DNA of 64,000 bases from Actinomycetota bacterium (lineage in GTDB: Bacteria; Actinomycetota; Actinomycetes; Nanopelagicales; Nanopelagicaceae). A model generated the notes under the pieces. The model was not told the DNA's origin. It searched no databases and was given only the letters and a program-made list of their open reading frames with translations. Positions within the stretch are counted from its first letter, which is position 1. Each line of letters starts with the position of its first letter. The stretch is from positions 88 through 64,087 of the forward strand of contig VGAF01000001.1 in assembly GCA_016870855.1 (NCBI GenBank), read 5' to 3'. The translations under genes and the position numbers were made by a program. Positions 45,550 to 55,082 of the stretch are shown piece after piece.

Positions 45550-45759
45550 TCAGTCAGTTGAGGGGAAATCGAAGCTCTCGCGCAGGCGGGCGCGACCTGA
45601 GGCAAGGACGGCGGATACGGAGCGCTCCGGGACCCCGATTTTGATGGCGATTTCGCTAGTGGAGAGATTCTGTCCAAAGTAAAGGAGCAAGATGATCCGC
45701 TCTTCAACTGGTAAAGAGGCAATGAGCTCTATAACAGTTTGTCTCTTCTGCTCCGCCAC
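45550..45759 (-). CDS. stand-alone sigma-70 region 4 (HTH) mini-protein, 69 aa
   Basis: LPVEERIILLLYFGQNLSTSEIAIKIGVPERSVSAVLASGRARLRE is a full sigma70_r4_2 pattern. It has a GTG start and no region 2 is encoded upstream. Confidence 0.55.
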   Translation of the reverse strand: MAEQKRQTVIELIASLPVEERIILLLYFGQNLSTSEIAIKIGVPERSVSAVLASGRARLRESFDFPSTD

Positions 45760-45812
45760 GCGCTAAGGCTACAAGGCTCACCTTACGCACACCGAATACT
45801 CACCGCAGGGCG

Positions 45813-46271
45813 CTAATTAAAGGTTCGTGCGAATTTCCTAAGCGAGAAGTTAACTGTGAGGAGAATGAAGGGCTTAATCAGCACGAGGATTAAGGATGGA
45901 GCCTTTATCTCTTCATACCAATCAAATCGAGTTTTATCTCCTAGATCAACTAATCGAAATTCGCCAATCCCCTTTATCACTCTTCCGTAATGATCAACTC
46001 GGCAAAAGTGTGGTGGTTCCCAAGAGGTCACCTTCATCTTATCTAGTACTCCAAAAGGTCCAATCCCAGTGAAGGCTTCGATTGTGGTTCCAATTCCAGA
46101 GTCATCAGCTCCTTGATCCGATGCGCTCACATGAGTCAACGCCATCCAATCGCCCTGCTTCTCCCATTGCACTAGTGCGCGCCAAACCTGATTGACTGGA
46201 GCATTGATCGTGACTTCTGCATAGAAATCTTTAAGCACGATGCTCGCTCTCAAGATGGCTAATTGATTCAA
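45813..46271 (-). CDS. SRPBCC (polyketide cyclase/START-like) family protein
   Basis: YAEVTINAPVNQVWRALVQWEKQGDWM is typical of SRPBCC. The start is uncertain: GTG at 46238 would reduce the overlap with the LOG gene. Confidence 0.65.
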   Translation of the reverse strand: MNQLAILRASIVLKDFYAEVTINAPVNQVWRALVQWEKQGDWMALTHVSASDQGADDSGIGTTIEAFTGIGPFGVLDKMKVTSWEPPHFCRVDHYGRVIKGIGEFRLVDLGDKTRFDWYEEIKAPSLILVLIKPFILLTVNFSLRKFARTFN

Positions 46272-46776
46272 GCGGATTAGTGCACCACTTAACTAATTCA
46301 TGTTGACCGGGCTTTAAAAGATTCTTCTCGGTCAAGTCTGCGAGCGCACTTCTAAGCGAGTCATAAGTTCCATCTTGATCAAGCACAGAAATTGGCTTGC
46401 CGTGAAATCCTAGATATCTTCCCACCCAGATTTCAAAGAGCTCTTCTAGAGTTCCGAGTCCTCCTGGAAGAGCGATGAAACCATCAGAAAGTTTTTCAAT
46501 CAATCCCTTCCGCGCCCGCATATCTTCAACAACATGCATCTCGTGGGCATCGCCATCAATAAATTCGACATTGGTTAGCTTCTCCGGAATAACTCCAATT
46601 GTGTAGCCACCTAGGGATCGCACACCTTTAGCCACCTCGCCCATTACAGAAATGGCGCCACCGCCCCAAACGAGTTGATGGCCGGCTTTTGCGATCTCCT
46701 CGCCAAGGGTGAAACCAATCTTTAGCGCGCTCGATGAAACAGCAGTAGATGATGCGCAGTAGACGGCAATCTTCAC
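46231..46776 (-). CDS. LOG family nucleotide 5'-monophosphate nucleosidase (TIGR00730)
   Basis: [13 protein letters not shown] and [15 protein letters not shown] start. Position is as for Rv1205. Confidence 0.85.
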   Translation of the reverse strand: MKIAVYCASSTAVSSSALKIGFTLGEEIAKAGHQLVWGGGAISVMGEVAKGVRSLGGYTIGVIPEKLTNVEFIDGDAHEMHVVEDMRARKGLIEKLSDGFIALPGGLGTLEELFEIWVGRYLGFHGKPISVLDQDGTYDSLRSALADLTEKNLLKPGQHELVKWCTNPLESISHLESEHRA

Positions 46777-46809
46777 CCGCGAACTCTAGAGCGTTGGTAC
46801 CTTTGGCAC

Positions 46810-47727
46810 ATGTCCATCGCTTACGGCCACGGCTTGGTTTCGAAATCAAAGAGTGGCGCGATCCTCGATGCCGATTTCAAAGTTCTCGGGTTGGGAAAAC
46901 TAAGTAGTTCATCCGCTCCAGATCTTGCGAACCTTGCCTCCGTCGATGAGATTCGGGGCGTTCGACGCGAACCAATCGCGATAGAAATCGACTTAGGAGC
47001 TGCCCCAAAAGACGTTCCAGATGCTTATCTAAGGCTTCATCTTCTCTCACATCGAACCATCAAGCCACATGGAGCAGTTCTAGATGGAATCTTCGGAATA
47101 CTTAACAACGTTGTCTGGACCTCGGTTGGGCCATGTGAATTAGCCGGCTTTGAGAGCGTAAGAGAACTTCTTAAGAATAAATATGGTTCATTCACGATTT
47201 ACTCAGTCGATAAATTCCCACGTATGGTCGATTATGTAATCCCAGAAGGTGTGCGAATCGCAGATGCGGATCGAGTACGACTTGGAGCACATTTAGCAGC
47301 TGGCACAACCGTTATGCATGAAGGATTCGTTAACTTCAATGCTGGCACGCTTGGCGCATCTATGGTCGAGGGGCGAATCTCAGCTGGCGTTGTTATAGGA
47401 GATGGAAGCGATATTGGTGGTGGCGCTTCAATTATGGGCACGCTAAGTGGCGGCGGTAAAGAAGTAATCTCGATTGGTAAGAAGACGTTACTCGGTGCAA
47501 ATTCAGGAGTAGGAATTTCTCTTGGAGATGAGTGCGTTGTTGAAGCTGGACTTTATTTGACCGCAGGCTCGATTGTGCTACTGCCTGATGGCAAGGAAGT
47601 TAAGGCGCGTGAATTATCAGGAGCAAATGGTTTGTTATTCCGAAGAAATTCCAAGACTGGTTCTATTGAAGCATTATCCCGAAGCGGAAGCTGGGGCGGA
47701 TTAAATAGCGTTCTGCACTCAAACTAA
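46810..47727 (+). CDS. dapD: 2,3,4,5-tetrahydropyridine-2,6-dicarboxylate N-succinyltransferase
   Basis: 305 aa, with a C-terminal hexapeptide-repeat region ([24 protein letters not shown]...[14 protein letters not shown]). It is divergent from LOG as at Rv1201c. Confidence 0.8.
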   Translation: MSIAYGHGLVSKSKSGAILDADFKVLGLGKLSSSSAPDLANLASVDEIRGVRREPIAIEIDLGAAPKDVPDAYLRLHLLSHRTIKPHGAVLDGIFGILNNVVWTSVGPCELAGFESVRELLKNKYGSFTIYSVDKFPRMVDYVIPEGVRIADADRVRLGAHLAAGTTVMHEGFVNFNAGTLGASMVEGRISAGVVIGDGSDIGGGASIMGTLSGGGKEVISIGKKTLLGANSGVGISLGDECVVEAGLYLTAGSIVLLPDGKEVKARELSGANGLLFRRNSKTGSIEALSRSGSWGGLNSVLHSN

Positions 47728-47729
47728 AC

Positions 47730-49049
47730 TTAAGCGTTACAGAAAACCCCTTCGTAAACTGGGTTCGGCTTACATTCTGGTACGAAGACTGGATAAATAA
47801 TTTCTTGGAGATTGCTTTTTAGCCAAGTTGAGGGAAGTTTTGTTCTGGAGCGGAAGACCTCGCCAGTAAGAGTGCTCCGCTTACCTTCAGATGAATATGC
47901 TGAGATTGCCATAACGCTATTTGTCTGGCTTATGGAATCAATCGTAAAAGCGATGACATCAGGAAGGCTAAATGCCTGGGCCATCATGGTTTGCGGAACG
48001 CTGCGGGTCCACATGTAATAACGTGGATTTATCTTTGGATCTAAGCTCCACGGATCTGGGACGCCAAGAAGATAAGCGAATTCAGATCCCCAGACGTCCT
48101 TGATGTTCTGGGTCTTGCCACCACTAGAGGAAAAGTAGAAAGCATTTATTGGAAGGCCGCCTTGCGTTATCACCAGAGCGCTCTCGGAATCCACATAAGT
48201 TCGATTTACAGCTTCGCGCCAGAGAATTCCATAATCAATCCGATTTACCTTTTCATCTTCCTTGGAATAGCCGACAAAATTCTGATCAACGGTAGTGCTA
48301 TAGATATTGCAATCACACTCACTTCGAATTCGACCTATCTTCCCTAGAGCATAGGTACGAGCTGAAATGACCTGGGCCTCGAGTGATGCTGGTGGCCATG
48401 ATGACGGAACCTCACCAATTCCATATAGATATTCATCATGTAACCGCAATGTGGTTGTGACGGCAAGATATGAAGTCAGCTTTGTTGTGACGCTCTTAAA
48501 AGTCATTTGGCCGTATTTGTATCTACCGCTCTTATCACCGCTCTTGAAAGCAATAACTGAGTTAGGTTCCCACCTGATAGTCCAAGATTGATTAGGGGGT
48601 AGCGGGGCAAACTTTGCTGTCGGTGAAGTTAGGAATGGCACGATTTGGCCAGAAAAATTTGTAAAGGTTGCAGTTACAGTTCCATCGTACTTTCCATATG
48701 GCTCAGGGTTTTCAGTGGATGGAATATCTCCTTGGTAGAGGCTAAAAGCACCGCTGGATTTTTCGATGCTTATCGATGCTGAAGTTGCTTGGTTTGCGAT
48801 ATTTACTCTGATGAGATGGTTATCTAGGAATGGAGTCACTTCAGTGCCCGGGTAGTAATGGCTCAAGATCTCTCTAGCGGTCTTGCCCTCTAGCGCTTGT
48901 CCGCGCGCGCCAATCTGACTCATTCCGACGCCATGTCCATAACCTGAACCCACAAATAAGAATTCCGCAGGGATAGTTGTGGTTGCGCGAGAAAGTGGCT
49001 GGATAGTTGAGATTAGCAGGATTGCCACCAATAGCGTGCGCCACTTCAT
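47730..49049 (-). CDS. SpoIID/LytB domain protein (secreted)
   Basis: Signal peptide, GHGVGMSQIGA motif and SSSGGKT. Confidence 0.8.
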   Translation of the reverse strand: MKWRTLLVAILLISTIQPLSRATTTIPAEFLFVGSGYGHGVGMSQIGARGQALEGKTAREILSHYYPGTEVTPFLDNHLIRVNIANQATSASISIEKSSGAFSLYQGDIPSTENPEPYGKYDGTVTATFTNFSGQIVPFLTSPTAKFAPLPPNQSWTIRWEPNSVIAFKSGDKSGRYKYGQMTFKSVTTKLTSYLAVTTTLRLHDEYLYGIGEVPSSWPPASLEAQVISARTYALGKIGRIRSECDCNIYSTTVDQNFVGYSKEDEKVNRIDYGILWREAVNRTYVDSESALVITQGGLPINAFYFSSSGGKTQNIKDVWGSEFAYLLGVPDPWSLDPKINPRYYMWTRSVPQTMMAQAFSLPDVIAFTIDSISQTNSVMAISAYSSEGKRSTLTGEVFRSRTKLPSTWLKSNLQEIIYPVFVPECKPNPVYEGVFCNA

Positions 49050-49076
49050 GCTTATTAGGGTACCGGAGCTAGTGGT

Positions 49077-50084
49077 TTAAGAATTGGAAATCAAGGTGCG
49101 TGGTGATGTGATGAAACCAATTCCCCAGGAAAAATGCATGATTATCAAAACAAATGGCAGCCTAATTCTTTCTACCCAGCTCTTTCCAATTATCAACGCA
49201 GCAATCAAGATGGCTCCCAAATAAATAATTGCTGGGATAAAAAATATTGGCGCTAAGAGCGTTCCTAATAGGAGTGAGAAGGTTTGGAGAAATATATTTA
49301 TTGGCGGAGCGAGGTATCGGAAATTAGCGGTGCCTTTATGGTGGCGCGATACCGCTGCGCGCCATCTTCCATACTCAAAATATTGTCTTGCCAGTGATCT
49401 AAAGGTGGAACGAGGTCTATAAGTAACCGTCAATTTTGGATTGAACCAGATCACTCCTCCTTTTTGGCGGAGGCGATAATTCAATTCCCAATCCTGTGCT
49501 CTGGTAAACCTAGCGTCGTAACCACCAACACCAATTAACGCCGAACGTTTGAATACTCCCAGATAAACAGTATCGACACTTCCGGCACTTCCGCCGGTGT
49601 GAAATCTAGATGCTCCCACACCTATTGGTGAACGCATTGCTCGTGCAACCGCTCTTTGAAATGGCGTAATTCCTTCAGCGGCCATAACTCCACCAACATT
49701 GACTGCACCAGTCTCTTTTAATGTGAGTACTGCCTCGCGAATGTAATCTGGTCTGATCGAGGAGTGGCCATCGACTCTCACAACAATTTCGTGGCTCGTT
49801 GCCGTGATTGCCGAATTCAATCCATCAGGAGTTCTTCCGCTGGTGTTATCAATCACCTTGATTCGGGAATCACGTTGAGCAAGTGAATCCGCAATCTCTC
49901 TCGTTTTATCTCGAGATGGCCCTACGGAGATTGCAATCTCTATCGCCCCGGAATATTGCGAATTGAGCACGGCGGTAATTGATTCTTCAAGATGAGCAGC
50001 TTCGTTGACGACGGTGAGGATTACCGATACGGGTGGCTCAGTTGCGCCGTGGGAATTATCACCCAGGAATTTCTCATCTCTCAT
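49077..50084 (-). CDS. family-2 glycosyltransferase with C-terminal TM helices
   Basis: VSVILTVVNEAAHL, VIDNTSGRTPDGLN and VRVDGHS. Confidence 0.8.
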   Translation of the reverse strand: MRDEKFLGDNSHGATEPPVSVILTVVNEAAHLEESITAVLNSQYSGAIEIAISVGPSRDKTREIADSLAQRDSRIKVIDNTSGRTPDGLNSAITATSHEIVVRVDGHSSIRPDYIREAVLTLKETGAVNVGGVMAAEGITPFQRAVARAMRSPIGVGASRFHTGGSAGSVDTVYLGVFKRSALIGVGGYDARFTRAQDWELNYRLRQKGGVIWFNPKLTVTYRPRSTFRSLARQYFEYGRWRAAVSRHHKGTANFRYLAPPINIFLQTFSLLLGTLLAPIFFIPAIIYLGAILIAALIIGKSWVERIRLPFVLIIMHFSWGIGFITSPRTLISNS

Positions 50085-50120
50085 AACGGATAAACGCTAT
50101 CGCTTCATTACTCTTGCCGA

Positions 50121-51218
50121 GTGACTTCACCCCGCGCGATTCGATTCTTCACCATACTTTCGATATCAATCGTCGCGCTATCGGGAATCACCTGGTTGGG
50201 ATTGGGACGAATAACCGCGGCTATTCCCAAGCTTGATGTCTTTGCCGGCTTAGAGGATCGCCCCAAGAAAGAATCCTCTGCAATCAATTATTTAATTGTC
50301 GGCTCCGATACACGAGAGGGTTTAACGCGAGAAGAAACGAGAAGACTGAGAGTCGGTAGCACTGCTGTGGCGGCAGGAAAACGCTCCGACACGATGCTCT
50401 TAGTTCATATTTCCAAGAAACGCGATAAGGCTGCGATTATCTCTATTCCGCGTGATTCATTTGCGCTAATCCCGGAACACAAATCACTTACCTCGGACAA
50501 GATAATTCCTGCTACCTACTCCAAAATTAATTCCGCATATAACTGGGGTGGCGCTTCATTATTAATTGAGACCTTTGAAGATATGTCTGGACTACATATT
50601 GATCACTATGTAGAGATTAGCTTCGTTGGATTTGTTCGGATGGTAGATGCGCTCGGCGGCGTTGAGATTTGTACCAAGCGGGATATAAATGATCCTAAAA
50701 GCCACCTCTCACTTCCTGCTGGAACGCATGTTTTAGATGGAGTCGACTCGTTGAAGTATGTCCGCACTCGTACCTTTGACGGTTTAGGCGACATAGGAAG
50801 AATGAAACGGCAACAAGAGTTTGCTGGCGCGATGCTAAGAAAGGCGACCAGCGCTGGAGTACTTCTAAATCCAATCAAGCTACTTGATTTCATAAACTCC
50901 GCACTCGCGAGCGTTACTACCGATAGCGGGCTATCTCAAGGTGATCTCTTAACGCTAGGCAAGCAATTGAGAAATCTTTCGGCTTCAAATGTCAGAACAC
51001 TCACTATTCCGTTGAAGTATTACAACTACAACAAGAACGGTGTATCTGCGGCTGTTCTCTGGGATCCCGAGCTCTCTGCTGAACTATTTGAACGTATCAA
51101 AAATGATGATGCGTTGATCGATAAAGTCCGCCCCGAGCCCTCGGCATCTCCAACTCTGGTAGATAAATTTGGAACTAAGACCGCATCTGATAATCCCTGC
51201 AATGAATCGAAGGGATAG
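50121..51218 (+). CDS. LCP (LytR-CpsA-Psr) family glycopolymer transferase
   Basis: N-terminal TM, NYLIVGSDTR, RSDTMLLVHI and SIPRDS. Confidence 0.88.
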   Translation: MTSPRAIRFFTILSISIVALSGITWLGLGRITAAIPKLDVFAGLEDRPKKESSAINYLIVGSDTREGLTREETRRLRVGSTAVAAGKRSDTMLLVHISKKRDKAAIISIPRDSFALIPEHKSLTSDKIIPATYSKINSAYNWGGASLLIETFEDMSGLHIDHYVEISFVGFVRMVDALGGVEICTKRDINDPKSHLSLPAGTHVLDGVDSLKYVRTRTFDGLGDIGRMKRQQEFAGAMLRKATSAGVLLNPIKLLDFINSALASVTTDSGLSQGDLLTLGKQLRNLSASNVRTLTIPLKYYNYNKNGVSAAVLWDPELSAELFERIKNDDALIDKVRPEPSASPTLVDKFGTKTASDNPCNESKG

Positions 51219-51230
51219 TAGGTTTCGGCT

Positions 51231-52538
51231 ATGAAGTTATCTGTGATTGGTACCGGTTATTTAGGCGCCACCCATGCCGCTGCGATGGCTTCGCTAGGCT
51301 TTGATGTAGTCGGTGTTGATGTAGACCCAAAGAAAATTGAGTTACTTAAGGTTGGCAAGGTTCCATTCTTTGAGCCAGATCTAGAGGATCTTCTTATCGC
51401 TGAAGTTAACTCCGGAAGGTTGAAGTTCACCACTGACTTCTCCGAAGCAAAAGATTACGATGTCCACTTCATCTGTGTAGGAACGCCACAGCAACAAGGC
51501 TCTCTCGCCGCGGATATGAAGTATGTAGATGCCGCACTTGATGCGATCGCGCCACACGCAAAAACTGGCTCACTCATTGTTGGAAAGTCAACGGTCCCAG
51601 TAGGAACAGCAGAGCAACTCTCCAAAAGATTACGCGAGCTTGGTTCAAAGGCAGAGTTGGCATGGAACCCGGAGTTTCTCCGTGAGGGTTTCGCAGTTGA
51701 AGACACGCTTCGCCCGAATCGCTTAGTGGTTGGCGTTACATCAGATAGCGCTGAAGAAATCTTAAAGCGCGCTTATAAACCCTTACTAGATAACAATGTT
51801 CCGTGGATCCGGGCGGATCTTCCAACAGCTGAATTAGTTAAAGTTGCCGCTAACTCCTTCCTCGCTACAAAGATTTCATTTATAAATGCGATGGCAGAAA
51901 TCTGTGAAGCAGCTGGTGGAGATGTAACTGTGCTTGCTAAAGCAATCGGTTATGACCCTAGAATTGGCTCAAGATTCTTACAGGCAGGAATTGGATTCGG
52001 CGGTGGTTGTCTACCTAAAGATATCCGCGCCTTTATGGCTCGCTCCGAGGAGCTGGGTGCGAAACAATCACTGGAATTCCTCCGCGAGATTGACTCTATT
52101 AATCTCCGCGCCCGCCAACGAATGATCGATTTAGTCCGGTTGGATTTGGGAGCTGATCTAAAAGGAAAACGGATTGCAGTATTAGGTGCGGCATTTAAGC
52201 CTGAAAGTGATGATGTTAGAGACTCCCCTGCGTTAGATATTGCCGCCCAGGTAGCAGCTGCTGGCGCGGATGTTTATGTATTCGATCCAAAGGCCAACTC
52301 AAATGCCAAATTACGTTTTCCAGCGCTGAACTACTCCCACTCAGTTGAGGAATGCTTGAGTGGAGCGGAGATAGTTCTACACCTCACCGAGTGGAAAGAG
52401 TTCCGGGCCTTGGATCCAATAAAGGTAAAGAGCTTGGTGGCCCGCCCAAATATCATCGATGGTCGTAACGCCTTAGATAAAGCCGCTTGGGAGAGCGCTG
52501 GTTGGCACTTCCGCGGCTTAGGGCGCGCTACTCGTTAA
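51231..52538 (+). CDS. ugd: UDP-glucose 6-dehydrogenase family
   Basis: MKLSVIGTGYLGATHAA, catalytic Cys GFGGGCLPKD. 435 aa. Confidence 0.88.
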   Translation: MKLSVIGTGYLGATHAAAMASLGFDVVGVDVDPKKIELLKVGKVPFFEPDLEDLLIAEVNSGRLKFTTDFSEAKDYDVHFICVGTPQQQGSLAADMKYVDAALDAIAPHAKTGSLIVGKSTVPVGTAEQLSKRLRELGSKAELAWNPEFLREGFAVEDTLRPNRLVVGVTSDSAEEILKRAYKPLLDNNVPWIRADLPTAELVKVAANSFLATKISFINAMAEICEAAGGDVTVLAKAIGYDPRIGSRFLQAGIGFGGGCLPKDIRAFMARSEELGAKQSLEFLREIDSINLRARQRMIDLVRLDLGADLKGKRIAVLGAAFKPESDDVRDSPALDIAAQVAAAGADVYVFDPKANSNAKLRFPALNYSHSVEECLSGAEIVLHLTEWKEFRALDPIKVKSLVARPNIIDGRNALDKAAWESAGWHFRGLGRATR

Positions 52539-53205
52539 TCACGCCTTCTAGGTAATCAATGGCATGACTTACCTCTTCGAATAAATCTCTATCTCCTTGA
52601 AGCGCTACATAACCGGTATGGCTAGTTGCTTTAACTATTCGGTATCCAGGTTCGTGGGCAAAGAGATGACGAAATGGTTCTGTCATATCTAGATTTCGTG
52701 GCACATCGAAATTCATTACTAAAAACTCTTGGGTAACAAGCTCGGTTCTACCTAGTGGAAGTTCATTAGCCGAGCGGACAGCATTTTCAAAAACTGAGGT
52801 TTGTGCGTATTCAATACTCCAGATGGAATCGAAGGAAATGACATCACTAACTTCAATAAACTCACCACTAAGTGTGAACCTATAGGTAGCAACTCCAGTC
52901 TGATTAGAACTCTTAGCTCTCTCGTTGACTACGATTTGCAGTTTCTTTAGAAGCTCTTGGTTAGCTTGAGTAGGTTTTGTGACAACTCGGTTACGAAACT
53001 TCGCGACGCTAATTGCGGGATATGTCGCTAGTTGAGTCCGGGCAGAATTTATAGCGACGATGGCTAAATGTTCATTGCTGGGAATCGAAGTGGTTTGAGG
53101 ATCTAAGTGGACTTCTAGACCAAGGCTCTCGGCAGCACGAGAGATAAATGCCGCTAAGTCCACATCTACCTTGATTCGATGGCTCATAATGTGAAGATAC
53201 CTCAA
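52528..53205 (-). CDS. PurK-like ATP-grasp remnant (truncated, motif-eroded; possible pseudogene or pseudoenzyme)
   Basis: By-eye alignment of QTSVFENAVRSANELPLGRTELV..VMNF to the PurK pattern ETSQFEQH.RA..GLPLG.T.L..VMVNL. The motifs GGGQLG and ELAPRPHNSGH are not conserved, and the protein is about 130 aa shorter than PurK. The likely ATG is at 53187. Confidence 0.4.
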   Translation of the reverse strand: MRYLHIMSHRIKVDVDLAAFISRAAESLGLEVHLDPQTTSIPSNEHLAIVAINSARTQLATYPAISVAKFRNRVVTKPTQANQELLKKLQIVVNERAKSSNQTGVATYRFTLSGEFIEVSDVISFDSIWSIEYAQTSVFENAVRSANELPLGRTELVTQEFLVMNFDVPRNLDMTEPFRHLFAHEPGYRIVKATSHTGYVALQGDRDLFEEVSHAIDYLEGVINE

Positions 53206-53223
53206 GATAGAATCGCGCCTTCT

Positions 53224-53829
53224 ATGTTGCCCAGAATAGTTCTTGCTTCTGCCTCGCCCTCTCGGCGCCGCCTTCTTGAGAGCAGCGGAATAACCCCTGA
53301 GGTGTTAGTAAGCGGGGTCGATGAGGAAGATTCAGCATATGAGCCACTCTCTCCAAGTGAACTCGTTCTCGCACTTGCGATCGTCAAGGCGCATACTGTT
53401 AAGAATTTAGTTAAGTACCCTGCGCTAGTTATTGGGTGTGACTCTACTTTTGAATTTGAAGGTGAATCACTCGGTAAGCCGCTAACCAGAGAGCGAGCAA
53501 TCCAGCGAGCTAAGTTATTACGGGGAAATTCTGGCGTTCTGTATACCGGTCATTGCATCATAGATACAGAGAAGGAAGTAGAAATAAGTGATATTGCTGC
53601 AACGAGAGTTCACTTTGCAGATATGAGCGATGCTGAGATTGAGGCCTATGTTGATACTGGAGAACCGCTAAATGTTGCTGGTGGCTTCACTATCGATGGG
53701 AAGAGCGCACCATTTATTGCCCGAGTGGAGGGTGAGACTTCGAATGTAATTGGTTTATCACTTCCATTACTAAAGCGGGCTATTACCTCACTTGGCTATA
53801 ACTGGTTTGATTTCGTGACGAGAAAGTAA
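53224..53829 (+). CDS. maf: Maf-family nucleoside triphosphate pyrophosphatase
   Basis: MLPRIVLASASPSRRRLL, GCDS and GKP. I chose the ATG at 53224 over the upstream ATG at 53179. Confidence 0.85.
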   Translation: MLPRIVLASASPSRRRLLESSGITPEVLVSGVDEEDSAYEPLSPSELVLALAIVKAHTVKNLVKYPALVIGCDSTFEFEGESLGKPLTRERAIQRAKLLRGNSGVLYTGHCIIDTEKEVEISDIAATRVHFADMSDAEIEAYVDTGEPLNVAGGFTIDGKSAPFIARVEGETSNVIGLSLPLLKRAITSLGYNWFDFVTRK

Positions 53830-54269
53830 TGACTATCTACGCTGCCTATGGATCAAACCTTGATCCACGCCAGATGTTGCAGCGCGCTCCCCACTCGCCA
53901 CACTTAGGAACTGGTTGGATTCGCGGCTGGCGCGTCACTTTTGGTGGTGAAGAAATAGGTTGGGAAGGTTCGGTGGCAACGCTGGCAGAAGATCGCCATG
54001 CTTCAGTCTTCGTTTCCATCTACGACTTAACAAAACAAGATGAATCTGCGCTGGATGAATGGGAAGGTGTCACTACTGATCTCTATCGAAAAATCAGGGT
54101 GAGAGTAGAGACGATGACGGGTGCGCAACTCTGTTATGTCTATGTATTGAACTCATTTGAAGGTGGAAAGCCATCTCAGCGCTATCTGGAGATCATGATT
54201 GCAGCCGCAATCGAAGCTGGTGCGCCTGATGATTACATTGCCGAACTTAGAGAACGAGCGATACGGTAG
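53829..54269 (+). CDS. gamma-glutamylcyclotransferase (AIG2-like) family protein
   Basis: YAAYGSNLDPRQM and WRVTFGG. The start shares 1 nt with the maf stop (TAATG). Confidence 0.7.
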   Translation: MTIYAAYGSNLDPRQMLQRAPHSPHLGTGWIRGWRVTFGGEEIGWEGSVATLAEDRHASVFVSIYDLTKQDESALDEWEGVTTDLYRKIRVRVETMTGAQLCYVYVLNSFEGGKPSQRYLEIMIAAAIEAGAPDDYIAELRERAIR

Positions 54270-54273
54270 GCAG

Positions 54274-55080
54274 ATGTCAGATCAAATCTCGCAACCGCTC
54301 GTAGCAGCTCAGAGCGCTGCAAAAGAGATTGCAGAAATAACCGGTAAAGCAAGCCACGAAATGTCTTTTACCCTCGGTTCTGGGTGGAGCGATGCAGCAA
54401 GCATCTTTGGCGAGCCGACTCACAAGATTGAGATGTCAAAGTTAACTGGCTTCGCGACATCTACCGTCGCGGGACATGGCGGCCATATATCTTCTTATAC
54501 GATCAACAACAAGAACATTCTTATCTTTTTTGGTCGAACTCACCTCTATGAAGGTAAGGGAATAGATGCAGTCGTCCATGGCACAAGAACTGCGGTTAGC
54601 GCAGGCGCAAAGATTGTTGTGCTTACCAATGCCTGTGGTGGTATCAATCCAAATTACTCAGTTGGCCAACCGGTCTTGATTAGAGATCACATCTCACTTA
54701 CTGGAATTTCGCCGATAAAGGGCGCGAATTTTGTAGATTTAACAGATGTCTATAGCGCTCGGCTTCGAGCACAGCTCAAGTCCTATGATCCAACGCTTGC
54801 TGAAGGTGTCTATGCGCATTGGCCTGGACCCACTTATGAAACGCCGGCTGAGATTAGAATGATTGGAATCTTAGGCGCTGATCTCGTTGGAATGTCTACG
54901 GTTCCTGAGGCGATTGCTGCACATGCAATGGGAGCTGAGGTAATTGGTATCTCACTTGTAACTAATCCAGCAGCTGGATTGTCAAAGAATAAATTAAGTC
55001 ATGAAGAGGTAATTGCTGCTGGAAAAGCTTCTGCTGAAAAAGTTGGCAAACTCCTTGAGAATCTATTGAAGGTTTCATAG
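54274..55080 (+). CDS. punA: purine nucleoside phosphorylase (PunA type)
   Basis: GRTHLYEG, NACGGIN and GADLVGMSTVPE. I chose the ATG at 54274, just after the upstream stop. Confidence 0.88.
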   Translation: MSDQISQPLVAAQSAAKEIAEITGKASHEMSFTLGSGWSDAASIFGEPTHKIEMSKLTGFATSTVAGHGGHISSYTINNKNILIFFGRTHLYEGKGIDAVVHGTRTAVSAGAKIVVLTNACGGINPNYSVGQPVLIRDHISLTGISPIKGANFVDLTDVYSARLRAQLKSYDPTLAEGVYAHWPGPTYETPAEIRMIGILGADLVGMSTVPEAIAAHAMGAEVIGISLVTNPAAGLSKNKLSHEEVIAAGKASAEKVGKLLENLLKVS

Positions 55081-55082
55081 CC

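Noticed and set aside
54199-54273. Longer start for the PNP gene, overlapping the GGCT-like gene by 71 nt
   Set aside because: The extension has no PNP homology. An ATG at 54274, directly after the upstream stop, gives the canonical N-terminus.
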